Shown here piece by piece: positions 36,452 through 48,778 of a stretch of DNA of 64,000 nt; position 1 is the stretch's first letter, and every line of letters begins with the position of its first letter. Source of the stretch: Raja brachyura (lineage: Eukaryota); the NCBI GenBank assembly GCA_963514005.1, contig OY740808.1, forward strand, positions 11,966,001 through 12,030,000, in the 5' to 3' direction. The notes under the pieces were generated by a model. That model was not told the DNA's origin. It did not search any database and saw only the letters and a program-made list of their open reading frames with translations. The translations under genes were made by a program, and so were the position numbers.

Positions 36452-37009
36452 TTAGTTTGATGACCGAATGGCCTCTTCGGAAAGAGCCTCAAATCTCCTC
36501 AAAAACCTTATGACGAATATCAGAAGAATAGCCTGGACGACGATAAAGACGACCAGTGCAATCTGACAGATGAGAACAATGCGACAGTACCAGTCATCAC
36601 ACGTAGCGATCACTTCATCCTCGGTTAAATACAGTATCCGCCTGCTCTGAAGCTCCGCGGGCGAGGAGCACGTCAGCTGTTTATATGGGGATCGGTCTTC
36701 TTGTTTAAGAAGCCATGACCTCAGGTATAAAATATTGCAATCGCATGTCCATGGGTTATTGTCCAACGACACAGACCTCAGCTGATGGAGAGTGTCGAAG
36801 AGCCCGTTGGGGATGGCAGAGAGTTTGTTGTTGCTCAGTCTGATTTCGGTGATGGTGTTCACAAAGCGTCTGGGAAGCGTAGTGACATTCAGGTCCTGAC
36901 CGCTGCAGTCCACGGAGGTCCCTGTGCAGCTGCACGTTTCTGGACACTGGAAAATAGCCACCGGAAGCATGGAAAGAAATACAAGGAACGATTCTCGCCG
37001 CCCCATCAT
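36452..37009 (-). CDS. GP1BB: Platelet/thrombocyte glycoprotein Ib beta chain
   Basis: 185 aa: signal peptide, LRRNT (CPETCSC..VDC), single LRR, LRRCT (NPWTCDC..YLRSWL..LTCSSP), juxtamembrane Cys, TM helix and short basic tail. Directly downstream of SEPT5, as in other vertebrates. Polypyrimidine/CAG acceptor 9 nt before the ATG (exon starts at 37018). Confidence 0.92.
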   Translation of the reverse strand: MMGRRESFLVFLSMLPVAIFQCPETCSCTGTSVDCSGQDLNVTTLPRRFVNTITEIRLSNNKLSAIPNGLFDTLHQLRSVSLDNNPWTCDCNILYLRSWLLKQEDRSPYKQLTCSSPAELQSRRILYLTEDEVIATCDDWYCRIVLICQIALVVFIVVQAILLIFVIRFLRRFEALSEEAIRSSN

Positions 37010-38597
37010 TGTAGTAACCTGCGTATGGATGGGGTGGGGAATGTGGAAGAAAATAACAAGTTAGCTTGTAAAAATAGACGGTGAATGAGACGTTGATGTA
37101 AGGAAGACACCGATCAGGATCTGGCTCACAAGTGAAAAGCTTATCTTAAAATGGTAATTAAGGAATAGTCCAACAGGATGCCACGTCTGCGGGATGGGTG
37201 GGTGGGTGGGGAGGAGAGAGGGGTGTGGAGGAAGCAGTCATAACATTATATTCAACATTTGGTCCTTGTGTTTCAAAGTATCGTTTAGGAGGATTTATTG
37301 CTAGGTCTGCAATATCTTTGGACCACCGAGGACTGTGCACCTGGCGGGAACAGGCATAGCACTCGCGGCTGTAGCTCAGTAGATAATCATCTGGTTTCTA
37401 GCCAGCTAGTCCATTGCACTCATTTCAATAGAGAACACATTGCACAATATTTTGTGACACAATACGTTTCCGAGGCTGGAATCTTGAGCAAAAAATAAAA
37501 GGCTGAAGGAAGTCAGCGGGTCAGACAGCATTTGTGGATGAAAGGAAACAATGGGCTGGAGTAATTCAGCAGGTCAGGCAGCATGGATGGAGGACATGGA
37601 TATGTGACATTTCGGGTCGAGACCGTTCTTCATATCCGACACTCGTCACCCGAGCAATGCGGTGTCGTATGTTAAACGTTGACCAACTAACCTTTCGATC
37701 CTGCAAGGTCCTCACAGAATCGCAGTTGTTTTCCGTCTTGGGTGTATTTCCAAATATACCGTTGCTTCTCCTCTACTTATGCGCCAGGCAGGTTTGTCCC
37801 GCTGATCAGAACCAAAATACAAAATACTGGAGAAGAGGCACAAGCATAGGACCAAGATAAAAAAGCAACACAAGGTGAAACGTGATTTGGAGACCCTTCG
37901 GGACCTCGTTTTTCCATCGCTTAACCATTGACGCCACACCAAAAACAATAAATGAACTGAAATGCCACGATGAGGCAGCAATACAACGAGTCAACCACGT
38001 TTATAATTTCTACAAGATAAATAAAAGATTTATACCACCGTTTCTTTTTTTTTAAGCGGTTATGGTGCCAATTCTGCATGACCCGTCGTTTCTGACGTAT
38101 TCTGCAGCTGGTTGCATATGTAAATTTAGTTGGAACATTTGAACTACTTAAGGATATTCCACTCCGAAATGTTGTTTTCATAAGCTTAAGTATTTTGCGG
38201 CGCTGCAGAGGCGCATTGACGACCGAATGGGGCTGGATCTTGGCGCATCCACTGGGGAAACGATTTTAGGGAGTTGTTTCTAGCGGGGTTCTAGCGGACC
38301 CCTGCTGAAGCGACCAGGCGGCTTTAACCGATTCCAAGCACGTGTGAGAAATGCCTCATAATTTGTTCAGGGTCCTAATGCTTCGATTACAATAATCAAT
38401 TTAACTAACATTTCATAGCTACACTACACGGATAAAGGGTTCCTTGAAGCATCACATTTTGTACCATTGATAACCAAGTTTGTCCGTTAAACAATAAAAA
38501 AAACAAAAATGCGAATTCAATTTCAATTGTTTATACACGATCGAACATCATTCCTAATGAAACTTGCTTCATTAAACACCCCCACGCCCCTATTTAC

Positions 38598-39135
38598 CTT
38601 TCGGTGTCTTGACTTATATCCTAATGTCCAGCATGTCTTTTCTACCGTAAAAGACGAGATTAAATAAATGCACAGGCGTGTGCAAGCATTTCACGCCAAA
38701 AATAATTAAAAACCCCCTGTTATTTTCAGTTTTGAGTGACCTCGTTAGGACGTCACAGCGACAGAGGATACTGCCCCAGTTGATAAAGGGACAGGGGTTG
38801 CCGTAAACAGCTCGTTGGTTTGCAGCCCCACCCAGTATCGTGATAAACTGCACGAAATCAGCAAAGCCCATCGAGTTCGGTGAATTGCACTATTCGGTGC
38901 AATTTCCAGTTTATCGGCTGGCTTGCTGCAAATTCATTGTTTGGCTCAGTAGTAATTCCCAGAAACACGAAAATATCTTATGGCCTGACACCATCCCAGA
39001 TAAAGCCGAATACAGCAAGCTGGAAAAAATCGGCCAGTACAAGTTGGAGATGAATGAAAGTGTAAAACCTGTGACCTCCGATGTCCCACAGCCCTCCGTG
39101 TGACTTCTTGCCGCGAATCATGTCTCGTTATCATC
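38598..39135 (-). promoter_or_regulatory. Candidate GP1BB promoter / non-coding first exon
   Basis: AAG|GTAAAT donor on the - strand at 38597; GATA motifs at 38781, 38841, 38911, 38998 and 39128; CACCC box at 38826-38833; repeat-free, CpG-containing segment. Confidence 0.45.
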
Positions 39136-40056
39136 GGGTTTGAATAGTTGTTTGCTACCTACACAATATGTTTCATTCTGTGTAAGACACCAGTAAATCG
39201 TTACCGAATACTGTTGCTCAACCCTGAATTCGGGAGTTCATGAGGACCATGGCCAACTTCGGCAAATGCACCTAGCCCACCATGCCAACTTGGTCAGTAT
39301 GGCCAGGGTAGGCTGAAGGGCCTGTTTCCATGATGTGTAGCTACATGACTCCATAATTTGTGTCCTTAAGTGTATCTCTCCGTCCTTTTCTGCACCTAAT
39401 GTGTCCCATCTACACTAGTCCCACCTGCATTTGGTCCATATTCTCTAAGCCTGCTCTCTCCATATACCTGTCCAAAAGTATTTTAAATGTTGTTATAGTT
39501 ACTGCCTTAGCTACCTCCCCTGCCACCTTATTCCACAAATACACCACCCTCTGTGTGAAAAAGTTGCCCCTCTGGTTCCTAGTAAATCTTTCCCCCTCAT
39601 CTAAAACCCATGGCCTCTGCATCTTGATTCCCCTCGTCTGGCTAAAAGACTCGGTGCATCGACCCTATCATTTCCCCTCATGATTTTGTACACCTCTAAG
39701 ATCTCTTCTCATCTTCCTACACTCCAAGGAATGCAGTCCTACCCTGCCCAACACCTCCCTATAGCTCAGGCCCTGTAAATGTTTTCTGCACTCCTTTCAG
39801 GTTAACAATATCTTTCCTATAGCAGGGTGACTAAAACTGAACACAATATTCCAAATGTGGCCATGCCAGCACCTTGTACATAACATCTCAACTTCTGTAC
39901 TCTCAATACCCGACTGTTGAAGACCAATATACCGGGGGACTTCCTGACTTCTTGATCTACCTTTGACTCAATTTTCCAGGTACTACGTACCTACATTCCT
40001 TGATTCCTCTGTTCTGCAACTCTCCATAGAGCTCAACCATTTACTGTGAATGTACT

Positions 40057-40218
40057 AAGGAAGGAACTACAGATGCTGGAAAATCGAGGGTACACAAAAG
40101 GCTGGAGAAACTCAGCAGGTGCAGCAGCATCTAAGGAGCGAAGGAGATAGGCAACATTTTGGGCCGAAACCCTTGGCTGCTGCACCCGTTGAGTTTCTCC
40201 AGCCTTTTGTGTACCGTG
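40057..40218. mobile_element. Hairpin mini-element with 15-bp TSD (1 mismatch)
   Basis: TACTGTGAATGTACT at 40042-40056 and TACTGTGAATGCACT at 40219-40233. Confidence 0.75.
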
Positions 40219-40391
40219 TACTGTGAATGCACTGCCTGGTTAAATTTCCCAAGGTGCATCACCTCACATTTATCTGCATTAAAGTTGCCCAACTGATCAA
40301 GATCCTACTGTAACCTTTGTTAACCATCTTTGCTATCTACAATATCACCCACTATAGTGTCATCTGCAAATTTATTGATCCTGCCTTGTAT

Positions 40392-41392
40392 GCTCAGCCC
40401 CCTGCTCTACTCTATAATCATGACTGTGTAGCCAGACATAGCGCAAACTGCATCGTCAAGTTCGCCGATGACACAACCGTTGTGGGACAAATTAAAGATG
40501 GTGATGAGTCAGAGTATAGAAGTAAGATCGGCCAATTGACCAAATGGTGCCAGCACAACCACCTGGCTCTCAATATCTGTAAAACCAAAGAACTGATTGT
40601 GGACTTTGGCAGAGGAAGGATGAGGACCCACAGTCCTATGTATATCAATGGGACGATAGTGGAGAGAGTCAAAAACTTCAAATTCCTGGGTGTGCATATT
40701 TCCAAAGATCTTTCCTGGACCCAGCACACTGGTGCAATTATAAGGAAAGCACATCAGCACCCCTACTTCCTGAGACGATTACAAAGATTTGATATGTCAA
40801 AGAGGATTCTCTTGATCTTCTACAGGTGCACAGTAGAGAGCATATTGACTGGTTGCATCATTGTCTGGGTCAGCAACTTGAACGTCCGGGAGGGGAAAAG
40901 ACTGCAAAAAGTTGTGAACACCACCCACTCCATCACCGGTTCTGACCTCCCCACCAACAAAGGGATTTATCAGAGTCGCTGCCTCAAAAAAGCAGCCAAC
41001 AGCATCGGAGACACACATCGTCCTGGTCTCACACTCATTTCACCACTGCCATCGGGAAGAAGGTACAGGAGCCTGAAAACTGAATGTCCAGGTTCAGAAA
41101 CAGCTTCTTCCCTATAGCCATCAGCCTATTAAACACTACAACCTCATATAGGCTCTGAACGACAATAGACTATTATTATAATTGTTGCACCATTTTGTTT
41201 GTTTTTTGAGTATGCGTGTATGTGTATATACATATATATGGGTATGTTGTGAGTTTGTGTATATACACACACTAAGCTTTTCTTTTTTCTCGCGTTTGTC
41301 ATATCATACTGTGTTTGCATATTCGGTTGTGCTGCAGCACGTAAGAATTTCATTGTTCAATCTGGGACACATGACACTCTTGACTCTTGACT
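40392..41392 (+). mobile_element. Rex1/Babar-type LINE, 5'-truncated
   Basis: HDCVA..IVKFADDTTVVG, LNICKTKELIVDF, FKFLGVHIS, FYRCTVESILTGCI, LPSGRRYRS; (CTCTTGA)n tail. Confidence 0.85.
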
Positions 41393-41734
41393 AAACAGCA
41401 GTGGGCCCAGCGCCGATCCATGAGGCACGCAACTAGTCACAGGTCACCAGTCTGAGAAACAAACTTCCACAATCATTCTCTGCTTCCTTCCAAGAAGCCA
41501 ATTTTCTATCCAGTCAGCTAGCTCTCCCTAATCCCATGCGATCCAACATTTCAGAGCAGCCTGCCATGTAGATCCGCATCAATGACTTGCTGAAATCCAT
41601 ATAGGCAACTTCCACTGCTCTGCCCTCAGCAACCTTTTTGGTTACAGGTTCAAAAAACTGAATGAGATTCATGAGACACAAGCTCCTACATGCAAAACTG
41701 TGCTGACTATCCCTAATCAGTCCTTGTTATAGTT

Positions 41735-42030
41735 TTTAGTTTAGTTTTAGTGGTTCAGTGCAGATACAGACCCTTTGGCCCACCGAGTCCGAGCTGACCA
41801 TTGTTCCCTGCACATTAATGCTACCCTACATACACTAGCTTATATCAAGCCAATTAACCTACAAACCTGTATGTCTTTGGAGAGTGGGAGGAAACCGAAG
41901 ATCTCAGAGAAAACTCGCGCGGTCACGGGGAGAACATACAAACTCCGTACAGACAGCACCCGTAGTCGGGATCGAACCCGGGTCTCCTATGCCGCAAGCG
42001 CTGTAAGGCAGCAACTCTACCACTGTGCCA
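41735..42030 (-). mobile_element. tRNA-derived SINE
   Basis: (TTTAG)n tail; GGGATCGAACCCGGGTCTC and CTGTAAGGCAGCAACTCTACC head on the - strand. Confidence 0.8.
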
Positions 42031-42099
42031 CCCCTCTCTCTGTCTATTCTCTATTCTCTGGAATGTCCATGGTTAAGGAGAGATGAAAGAAGTCTTAAG

Positions 42100-42297
42100 A
42101 GGGCGGCACAATAATACAGCGGTGGAGTTGCTACCTTACAGCACCAGAGACCCGGGTTCAATCCTGACTACGGGTGCTGTCTGCACGGTTTTTGTACATT
42201 CTCCCTGTGACCACGTGGGTTTCATCCGGATGCTCCAGTTCCTCCCACATTCTAAAGACATGCTGGTTTTCAGTTTAATTGGCTTCTGTAAATTGTA
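42100..42297 (+). mobile_element. tRNA-derived SINE, 3'-truncated
   Basis: GGGCGGCAC..GGAGTTGCTACCTTACAGCACCAGAGACCCGGGTTCAATCC. Confidence 0.8.
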
Positions 42298-43369
42298 TAT
42301 ATCTCAGCCAGGGCACCTGCAATATCTTCTCTAGCTCCCACATGCTATATCTGAAAAAACACTTTCATTTTTATGTTCTCTCTTGACCTTGACGTATCCT
42401 AAAACGCTTCCCAGAAGATAATATTTAATTTACCATTTTGTTTTGCCTTGATTAATGGAATATGGTCTTCACTGATGGGACTGCCATGTATTGCCCAGGC
42501 CTGGATGGGGGGAAGCTGCCTTCTGGTCTTGGTACCTCTGGGGAAATATACTTTGAGTCCACCTTCAATACAGAAGACACAGAAACCCTACTAGAAACAT
42601 CAGAAAAAATGGGTTTAGCAAGAACAAGGTACTAAGGAAATAAGTATTGGTGAGCTTAAAAGCTGAACATTCTGAAGGACCCAAAGATCTATATCACAAA
42701 GTTCTGAAGGACAAGCTGTAGAGATTATATATCTTCAAATTTTCAGTTTTGTGAACCTTTGTCCTCTAGTTCGAAAAGTGCAAATGTGACATCACTGTCT
42801 AATAAAAGGGACAACAAAAACAAGGAATGACTAGTCCGCTGGCTTAACATCAGTGGCAAGGGATAATACTAAAATTTCTCATAAATTATGTATAAACAAT
42901 TTCATTGAAAAAATAAACAGATTGTCAAAGTCAGGAAAGGACACCTATGAAAGGAAGATCACTTTTGTATATTCTGTTGGAGTTATTTGTGATGAAATGA
43001 TAGAACTGGTAAAGAGGAACCAATGGATATGTTGTGTTTGGGTTTTTGATAAATCCCACACTGAAAATTGGTCAACCAAATTAGAGTACATGAAATTGTG
43101 AGCAATATACTGACAGTGATTGAGAATTGGTTATCAACAGAAAGCTGAGAGTGGATATACATAAATCCTTCTCATGTTAGACACAAAATGCTGGAGTAAC
43201 ACAGCGGGTGAGGCAGCATCTCTGGAGAGAATCCTTCTCATGTTGGTGGGTTACGACTGTTGGGATCCACTGAGGTTGCAGCTTCATCTACTCGCGATCT
43301 ATATCAACAATTTGGCCGAGTGGACCAAATGACATATTTTAAAGTTTGGTGTTCACTCAAAACTAAACA

Positions 43370-43680
43370 GCGTCAATGGTGGCACAATGGTAGAGTTGCT
43401 GCCTTACAGCAAATGAACGCCGGAGACCAGTGTTCGATCCCGGCTACGAGTGTTATTGGGATTATGTACGTTCTCCCCGTGACCTGTGTGGGTTTTCTCC
43501 GAGATCTTCGGTTTCCTCCCACACTCCAAAGATGTACAGGTTTGTAAGTTAATTGGCTTGATGAATGTCAAAAATTGTCCCTAGTGGGAGTAGGATAGTG
43601 TTTATGTGCGGGGCTCGCTGGTTGACATGGACCCGGTGGGCCGAAGGGCCTGTTTCCACGCTGTATCTCTAAACTAAGCA
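43370..43680 (+). mobile_element. tRNA-derived SINE within a degenerate + strand CR1 (about 42620-44230)
   Basis: GGTGGCACAATGGTAGAGTTGCTGCC..GTTCGATCC..GGGCCGAAGGGCCTGTTTCCACGCTGTATCTCTAAACTAA. Confidence 0.8.
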
Positions 43681-46600
43681 AGGTGGAGGTGAACATAAGA
43701 CGATTTAGAGGGGAATAAAGCCATGTTGAGTGAATGGGCAAGAACATGGCAGATGGAGTATCATGTGAAGAAATTTAAATGTGCACACTCTGGTGCACAA
43801 AGAGAAATCCAGAATTACTTTAAATGATGAAAATTTGGGAAGTGTTGATGTTGAACCTCACCATATGTGCTTGTACACAAATGAAAGCCAAATAACCCAA
43901 CACTGAATGGCGACATGATGGTGTAACAAGTGATTAGTAATGCAAATGCTTTGTAAACCTTAGTTCAAATTGACGTAAACGTAAGAGCAAGGAGGTCTTA
44001 TTGTATTGTATATAATCTTGGTATGACTGCATTTATGCGGCTATACCAATCGTGGTATGACTGCATTTATGCAGCTTCAGTGTCCTCATGTGCTCATGTC
44101 TCTGGGTGAAAATTGAATTCACATGGAAATGCAGGGAATGAAGGGATATAGATCACATGCAGACAGAGGTAATTAGTTTAACTTGACATCATGTTCAGCA
44201 TGAACATTGTGGGCTGTAGGGTCTGTTTCTATACTGTACTTTTCTATATTCTAAGGTTGGAATGTTACCAACTGAGACATGAATAACCTCATTTTTGGCC
44301 CTGTTTTCACTCCACTCTCATTCTTCATCTCATATGATGGGAGGTTGCGTGTCAGGTATTTGTGAGATCTAGACTGGAGTACACTGCATGGTATTGATCT
44401 CCTCATGTAAGGATGGTAACACTGCAAACAGATTAGGGAAGATGTACAGACTGAAACCTGGAATGAAAGGCTATTTTGTGAGGAAAACTTTCGACATATT
44501 AGGTTATAATCAGTGAACCATAACGATTCCGTACTGCACTGCTCTGGATAAAACAAAACTTATCATTACCTAAAAATACTGACAATGACAAAATTCCACA
44601 TATTATGAATAATTATATTCCTATATGTGTTTTGAAAGATCACGTGTTTTATGAAGATATAACCATAAAACTAATTAGTTTTACCCAGTGTTTCCAAAGA
44701 CAGGGCAATATTCTGGAGATAAAGAAGAATGTGTTAGTATTTCATTTAATCCCTGCTGAACAAAATACAATGACTAAGGGGCAATTTTTAAAGTCAGCCA
44801 CCCTACATCATATATGCCTTATTTTTATGTACAGTTTTTGAATCATAAACATGTTGATCTCCTCACAGAACCCTTCATAAAATGAATGCAAGAAGAATAG
44901 CCAATTTCCAAATTACCACACTATATCTCATACATTCATAGGTAGAATGATTAATTAAAATTATCGTCGTTTGCTTTGTCATAGATTTCCTTAGGTTAAA
45001 TTTTTAATGTACCACTGATCTTTTTTAATGATGCCTCCCTTCCAAATGCAAAATCCAAAAATATTCTTGATATATTTACGTATTGTCAGGAATTCCAATT
45101 CATTTTCTGTTTCATCTGCAAAACTGTAGAAGTTCTTATCAAAAGTAAAGATTGCAGTTTTATTTAAAATTAAGGCAACATTTTGTTTAATTTATAATTA
45201 TTTTCCTTCCATAGTAATGCCTTCTTCCTTTTGAAACTACAGGTTATTTGATTTTTTGTTCCTTGTCTAGTTTGGGGCAAAGGCTATAATATACTTGGCA
45301 CATAGTCTTGGCTTGTAGTTCAAAAGCAGCTTATCTATATTGCTGGCTGCAAATGAACAACAAGTCAATGCAGCTCTGTAGATGAGTTGGCATTTTTCTC
45401 AAACATTTTATCTCTGTCGTCCTGTTGGAGCTTTGCATCAAAAACAAGTGTTTCTAATAGATTTTAAGTCTGTACAGAGCCTGACAGCAATTGTCACTTT
45501 CATGCTGTCCTTAAAGCACACCAACTATTGGAAAAAGGGCAGTATTTTAATAACACGAGGGCAAGCATTACAGCTGGGGATACAAGCTCTGAAATCCATT
45601 TAAAAATAAATACAAGCCTCCGTACTTCTGCGAGGCCCTGCAATGAAAGCTATTGACAAACAAAATAATGTATGATTTATGCCAGCATTTGGAATTGAAA
45701 TGCTAAACGCAAGCATGACGCCAATTTATTAAGATGGTTCAGTAGGCTTTTCAGAAATATATTAAAATGCTCTACATTAAGTAATGATAAAAGATACATT
45801 GTCGCTACAAGGGGACATAATGCAGCGTGCATTCAGTAAATGCACCCGTTTACAGGAAGTATAAAAACACAGGGAACCATACAGGGAATGAGTAATGCAC
45901 TACACCAAGCAAAGAGTGAGATTTTTGATCCAAACATTAATAAATATTACATTACCCTTTATATTACAATGACTGTAATGAGTGCAATGTTGTAGAAATT
46001 GAACTGTTCATCAGAATATATCAACAGAAGCTTGGCTTGTCTGTAATGCCACAAAGATACCGTGCCAAACTGTTTCCATTTACAGCTTGATGGGACCTCC
46101 CTACTCTGTGTCTTCTTTTGAGGCAGACAGCAAAATAGTTAGAGTGCTACATCATAGGGCCCTCCTGTTAATGATACACAGATACCAAATAGTTACAGAG
46201 AAACATAAGTTGAAAGCTGCTGAGTCAGGTGGGGGGAGGAGCAGGAAAGAAAATCTTCATCCTTTTGACATGATTGCCTAGTTTTTATCAGAAGCATAAA
46301 ATACGCGAAAGCTGTAAACTGAGTAAAGTTTAAATATTGGAATAGAATTTTTCCTCAAGTAGACATAGATGGTCCAGGAAGAGCAAGGTGTTCTCCAATT
46401 CTCCAGCCAACATTTATATCTCAGGCATCTTCACTGTATTACACCACATGCTATTAATCTCATTACGATATGTGGAACCATATGGCACATAATTAGCTGG
46501 TGTGATTTCCAACAGTGACTATATCTTTAAAGTGTTTCATTAGAAGTGTTCCTGAAATAAACAATATGAATGATATTTCTACATATTTTTAACCATGCCC

Positions 46601-48138
46601 GATATTTCAAAAGTAGGCCATTCATATCGAGGCCTATTCTATCTTTCAATAAAATTGCAGCTGATCTGTATTATAACTTTTTCACTAACCTTTGGCACAT
46701 ATCCGTTTATCACCCTGGGCAGCAGTAATCAATGAATCTGAGATTTAACCATTTTAATTGCTTTAATTACTATTTTCTGTAGGAAAGTATCCCGTGCTAC
46801 TATTACTCTTGTGGGGAGAAGTGAATCCTAATTATTTTTCTGAATTACTTTGGTTTATGTTAAGTACCTTTGTCTGACAGCACTTTAGCAAGTCAGTTCC
46901 TCTATCTGTCCCATTAATTCCATTCAGAATGATCAAAACTCTCTGAAATCACCCTTCGTTCTGTAATTTACAGGGAATGCAAAGCTAATTTATGCTAAAT
47001 CTTTTCTCAAAAGCATGGTGAAATACTAGTGAAATTGGCCGAACTTTCTCCAAGGAGAAAGCTTGTAAGCCTGGAAAAAGCTTGTAGAAGTATTGGAATG
47101 TGTCTCACACTTCGGTACTGAAATGTGTCTCCCATTGCATGTGCTAAATGTGATTTGTATTTTCATTGGAATCTACTTCCAAAATTCTGTCCAATGAAGT
47201 CAACTGAATTAAACGTTGCAAGTAGGATAAATGCATTTATACAGTGCTGTGATATATTTTTCATGTCTACAGCCAAGGACAATTTTGTGGCTTCTGAAAC
47301 ATAAACTAGGTTTGTCTTAATAATGATTTCTACGCAGTCAGAGTTCACAGAAAACGGAAAGGAATTATTCAATTGACATAGACATGAAACCATTCTGGGA
47401 GACATTTTGTATTCAATACACAATGAACTTTCTCATTGCCAATCTGCTCTTATTCAGGTTCCATTCTTTGATCATTATTCATTAAAAGCATAGATTGATA
47501 GATACAACGTCATAGAGTCATACAGCATGGAAACACTCCCTTAGGTCCATCTTGTCCACACCGACCAAGATGGCCCATCAAAGCTACTTCCATTTGTTCC
47601 TGTTTAGCCCATATCCCTCTAACCTTTCCTATCCATGTACCTTTCCAAGTTTCTTTTCAATGGTGTTATGCTACCTGCCTCAGCAACATCCTGTGGCTGC
47701 GTGTTCCCTATACCCACCAATCTCTTGACATGAAGGGAACCAGGGGATATGGGGGTTTTGCTGGCAAATAGCCATGTGTTAACAAACGGCACTGAGGTAG
47801 AAGATCAGCCATGATCATAGTGAATGGTGATCCAGTGGGCAAGGAAGGACTACACTTATTTCTATTTCGTATATTCTTATGATGATTTTGAAGGACAGGC
47901 TTTGAGGCATGGCAGAGTGTTTGTGCAATTTCGCACAGAATATTCATGGGTTTCTATTGTAACCTTGGCATGAAGTTATGGACAGCTTAAAGAAAAATGC
48001 AAACTGTCATTTTTGCTTTTCGCTGCGGTTATCAGAAAAAATGGGATGTCAATATGTACAAAATTATTCACTGGCCAGCACGTGCACTCCTGACCTTAAA
48101 AAAAACCCAATACCTGAAGTCAGACCCATTTGAAAACA

Positions 48139-48144
48139 TTTATT
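48139..48144 (-). terminator. Probable SEPT5 polyadenylation signal
   Basis: AATAAA on the - strand about 320 nt after the SEPT5 stop; part of the palindrome TTTATTAATAAA. Confidence 0.6.
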
Positions 48145-48461
48145 AATAAAGAGTATTTTCCACATAAGCATTCCAATGTAGATATCCCTCTGAATGTTGT
48201 TAAATTGTACTGACAAGATATTAAATACAAACCCAGACAAACAAGCAGGATATGTAAATTATATGGTGGCACTATACAGGGTAGGCAAGACACAAGGTGA
48301 CCCTTGAGCTGTCTCTAGAGTATAACAGGAAACACATGACACATTCTGTACAGTGCATTTCCCCCAGGGGCTTGTCCTGCGTCTCGTGTCACCTTCCTCA
48401 TTCCTGTTGGATTTGGTTGAAGTGGTGAGTCTTTGTTCTTTGCTCAGTCTCAGTCCATCAC

Positions 48462-48518
48462 TCACTGGTCTTGCATTTGCTGTTGCATTCGTTGCAACAT
48501 TTCCTGCATTCGCCGGAG
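48462..48518 (-). CDS. SEPTIN5: Septin-5 last coding exon
   Basis: LRRMQEMLQRMQQQMQDQ* (TGA at 48462); CAG acceptor; matches the SEPT5 C-terminus. Confidence 0.95.
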   Translation of the reverse strand, partial: LRRMQEMLQRMQQQMQDQ

Positions 48519-48778
48519 CTGCAGAAAGGAAGGTGTAATTACTGAGTTCTATTGTGTGCTGCTACACACTAGCAACAGGCAGAAGCAATGGTTTTTTCAT
48601 CATTGCACAATACACACTGGTTCAACAACCACACATCCCTTATACTAGGACAATGAGTGTCTAAAACGCTTGGGAACATTCATATTCAGATAATGAAAAA
48701 TGCAAACAGCTCAGTTTGCATAAATTGAATACTATGTGAAATTAGATTATATTCAAATACAATGAGGACTGGCAGATG

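Larger units (their letters stand above)
39395..41725 (-). mobile_element. Degenerate CR1 LINE (39395-40390 plus 41392-41725) split by Rex1 and hairpin insertions
   Basis: RGNFFTQRVVYLWN 3' end; RT motifs resume after 41392. Confidence 0.75.

Noticed and set aside
36452-37009. LRR protein as a variable lymphocyte receptor (VLR)-like gene or GP9 beside the Ig locus
   Set aside because: The single LRR, juxtamembrane Cys, TM pattern and position immediately 3' of SEPT5 identify GP1BB; no LRR cassette array is present.
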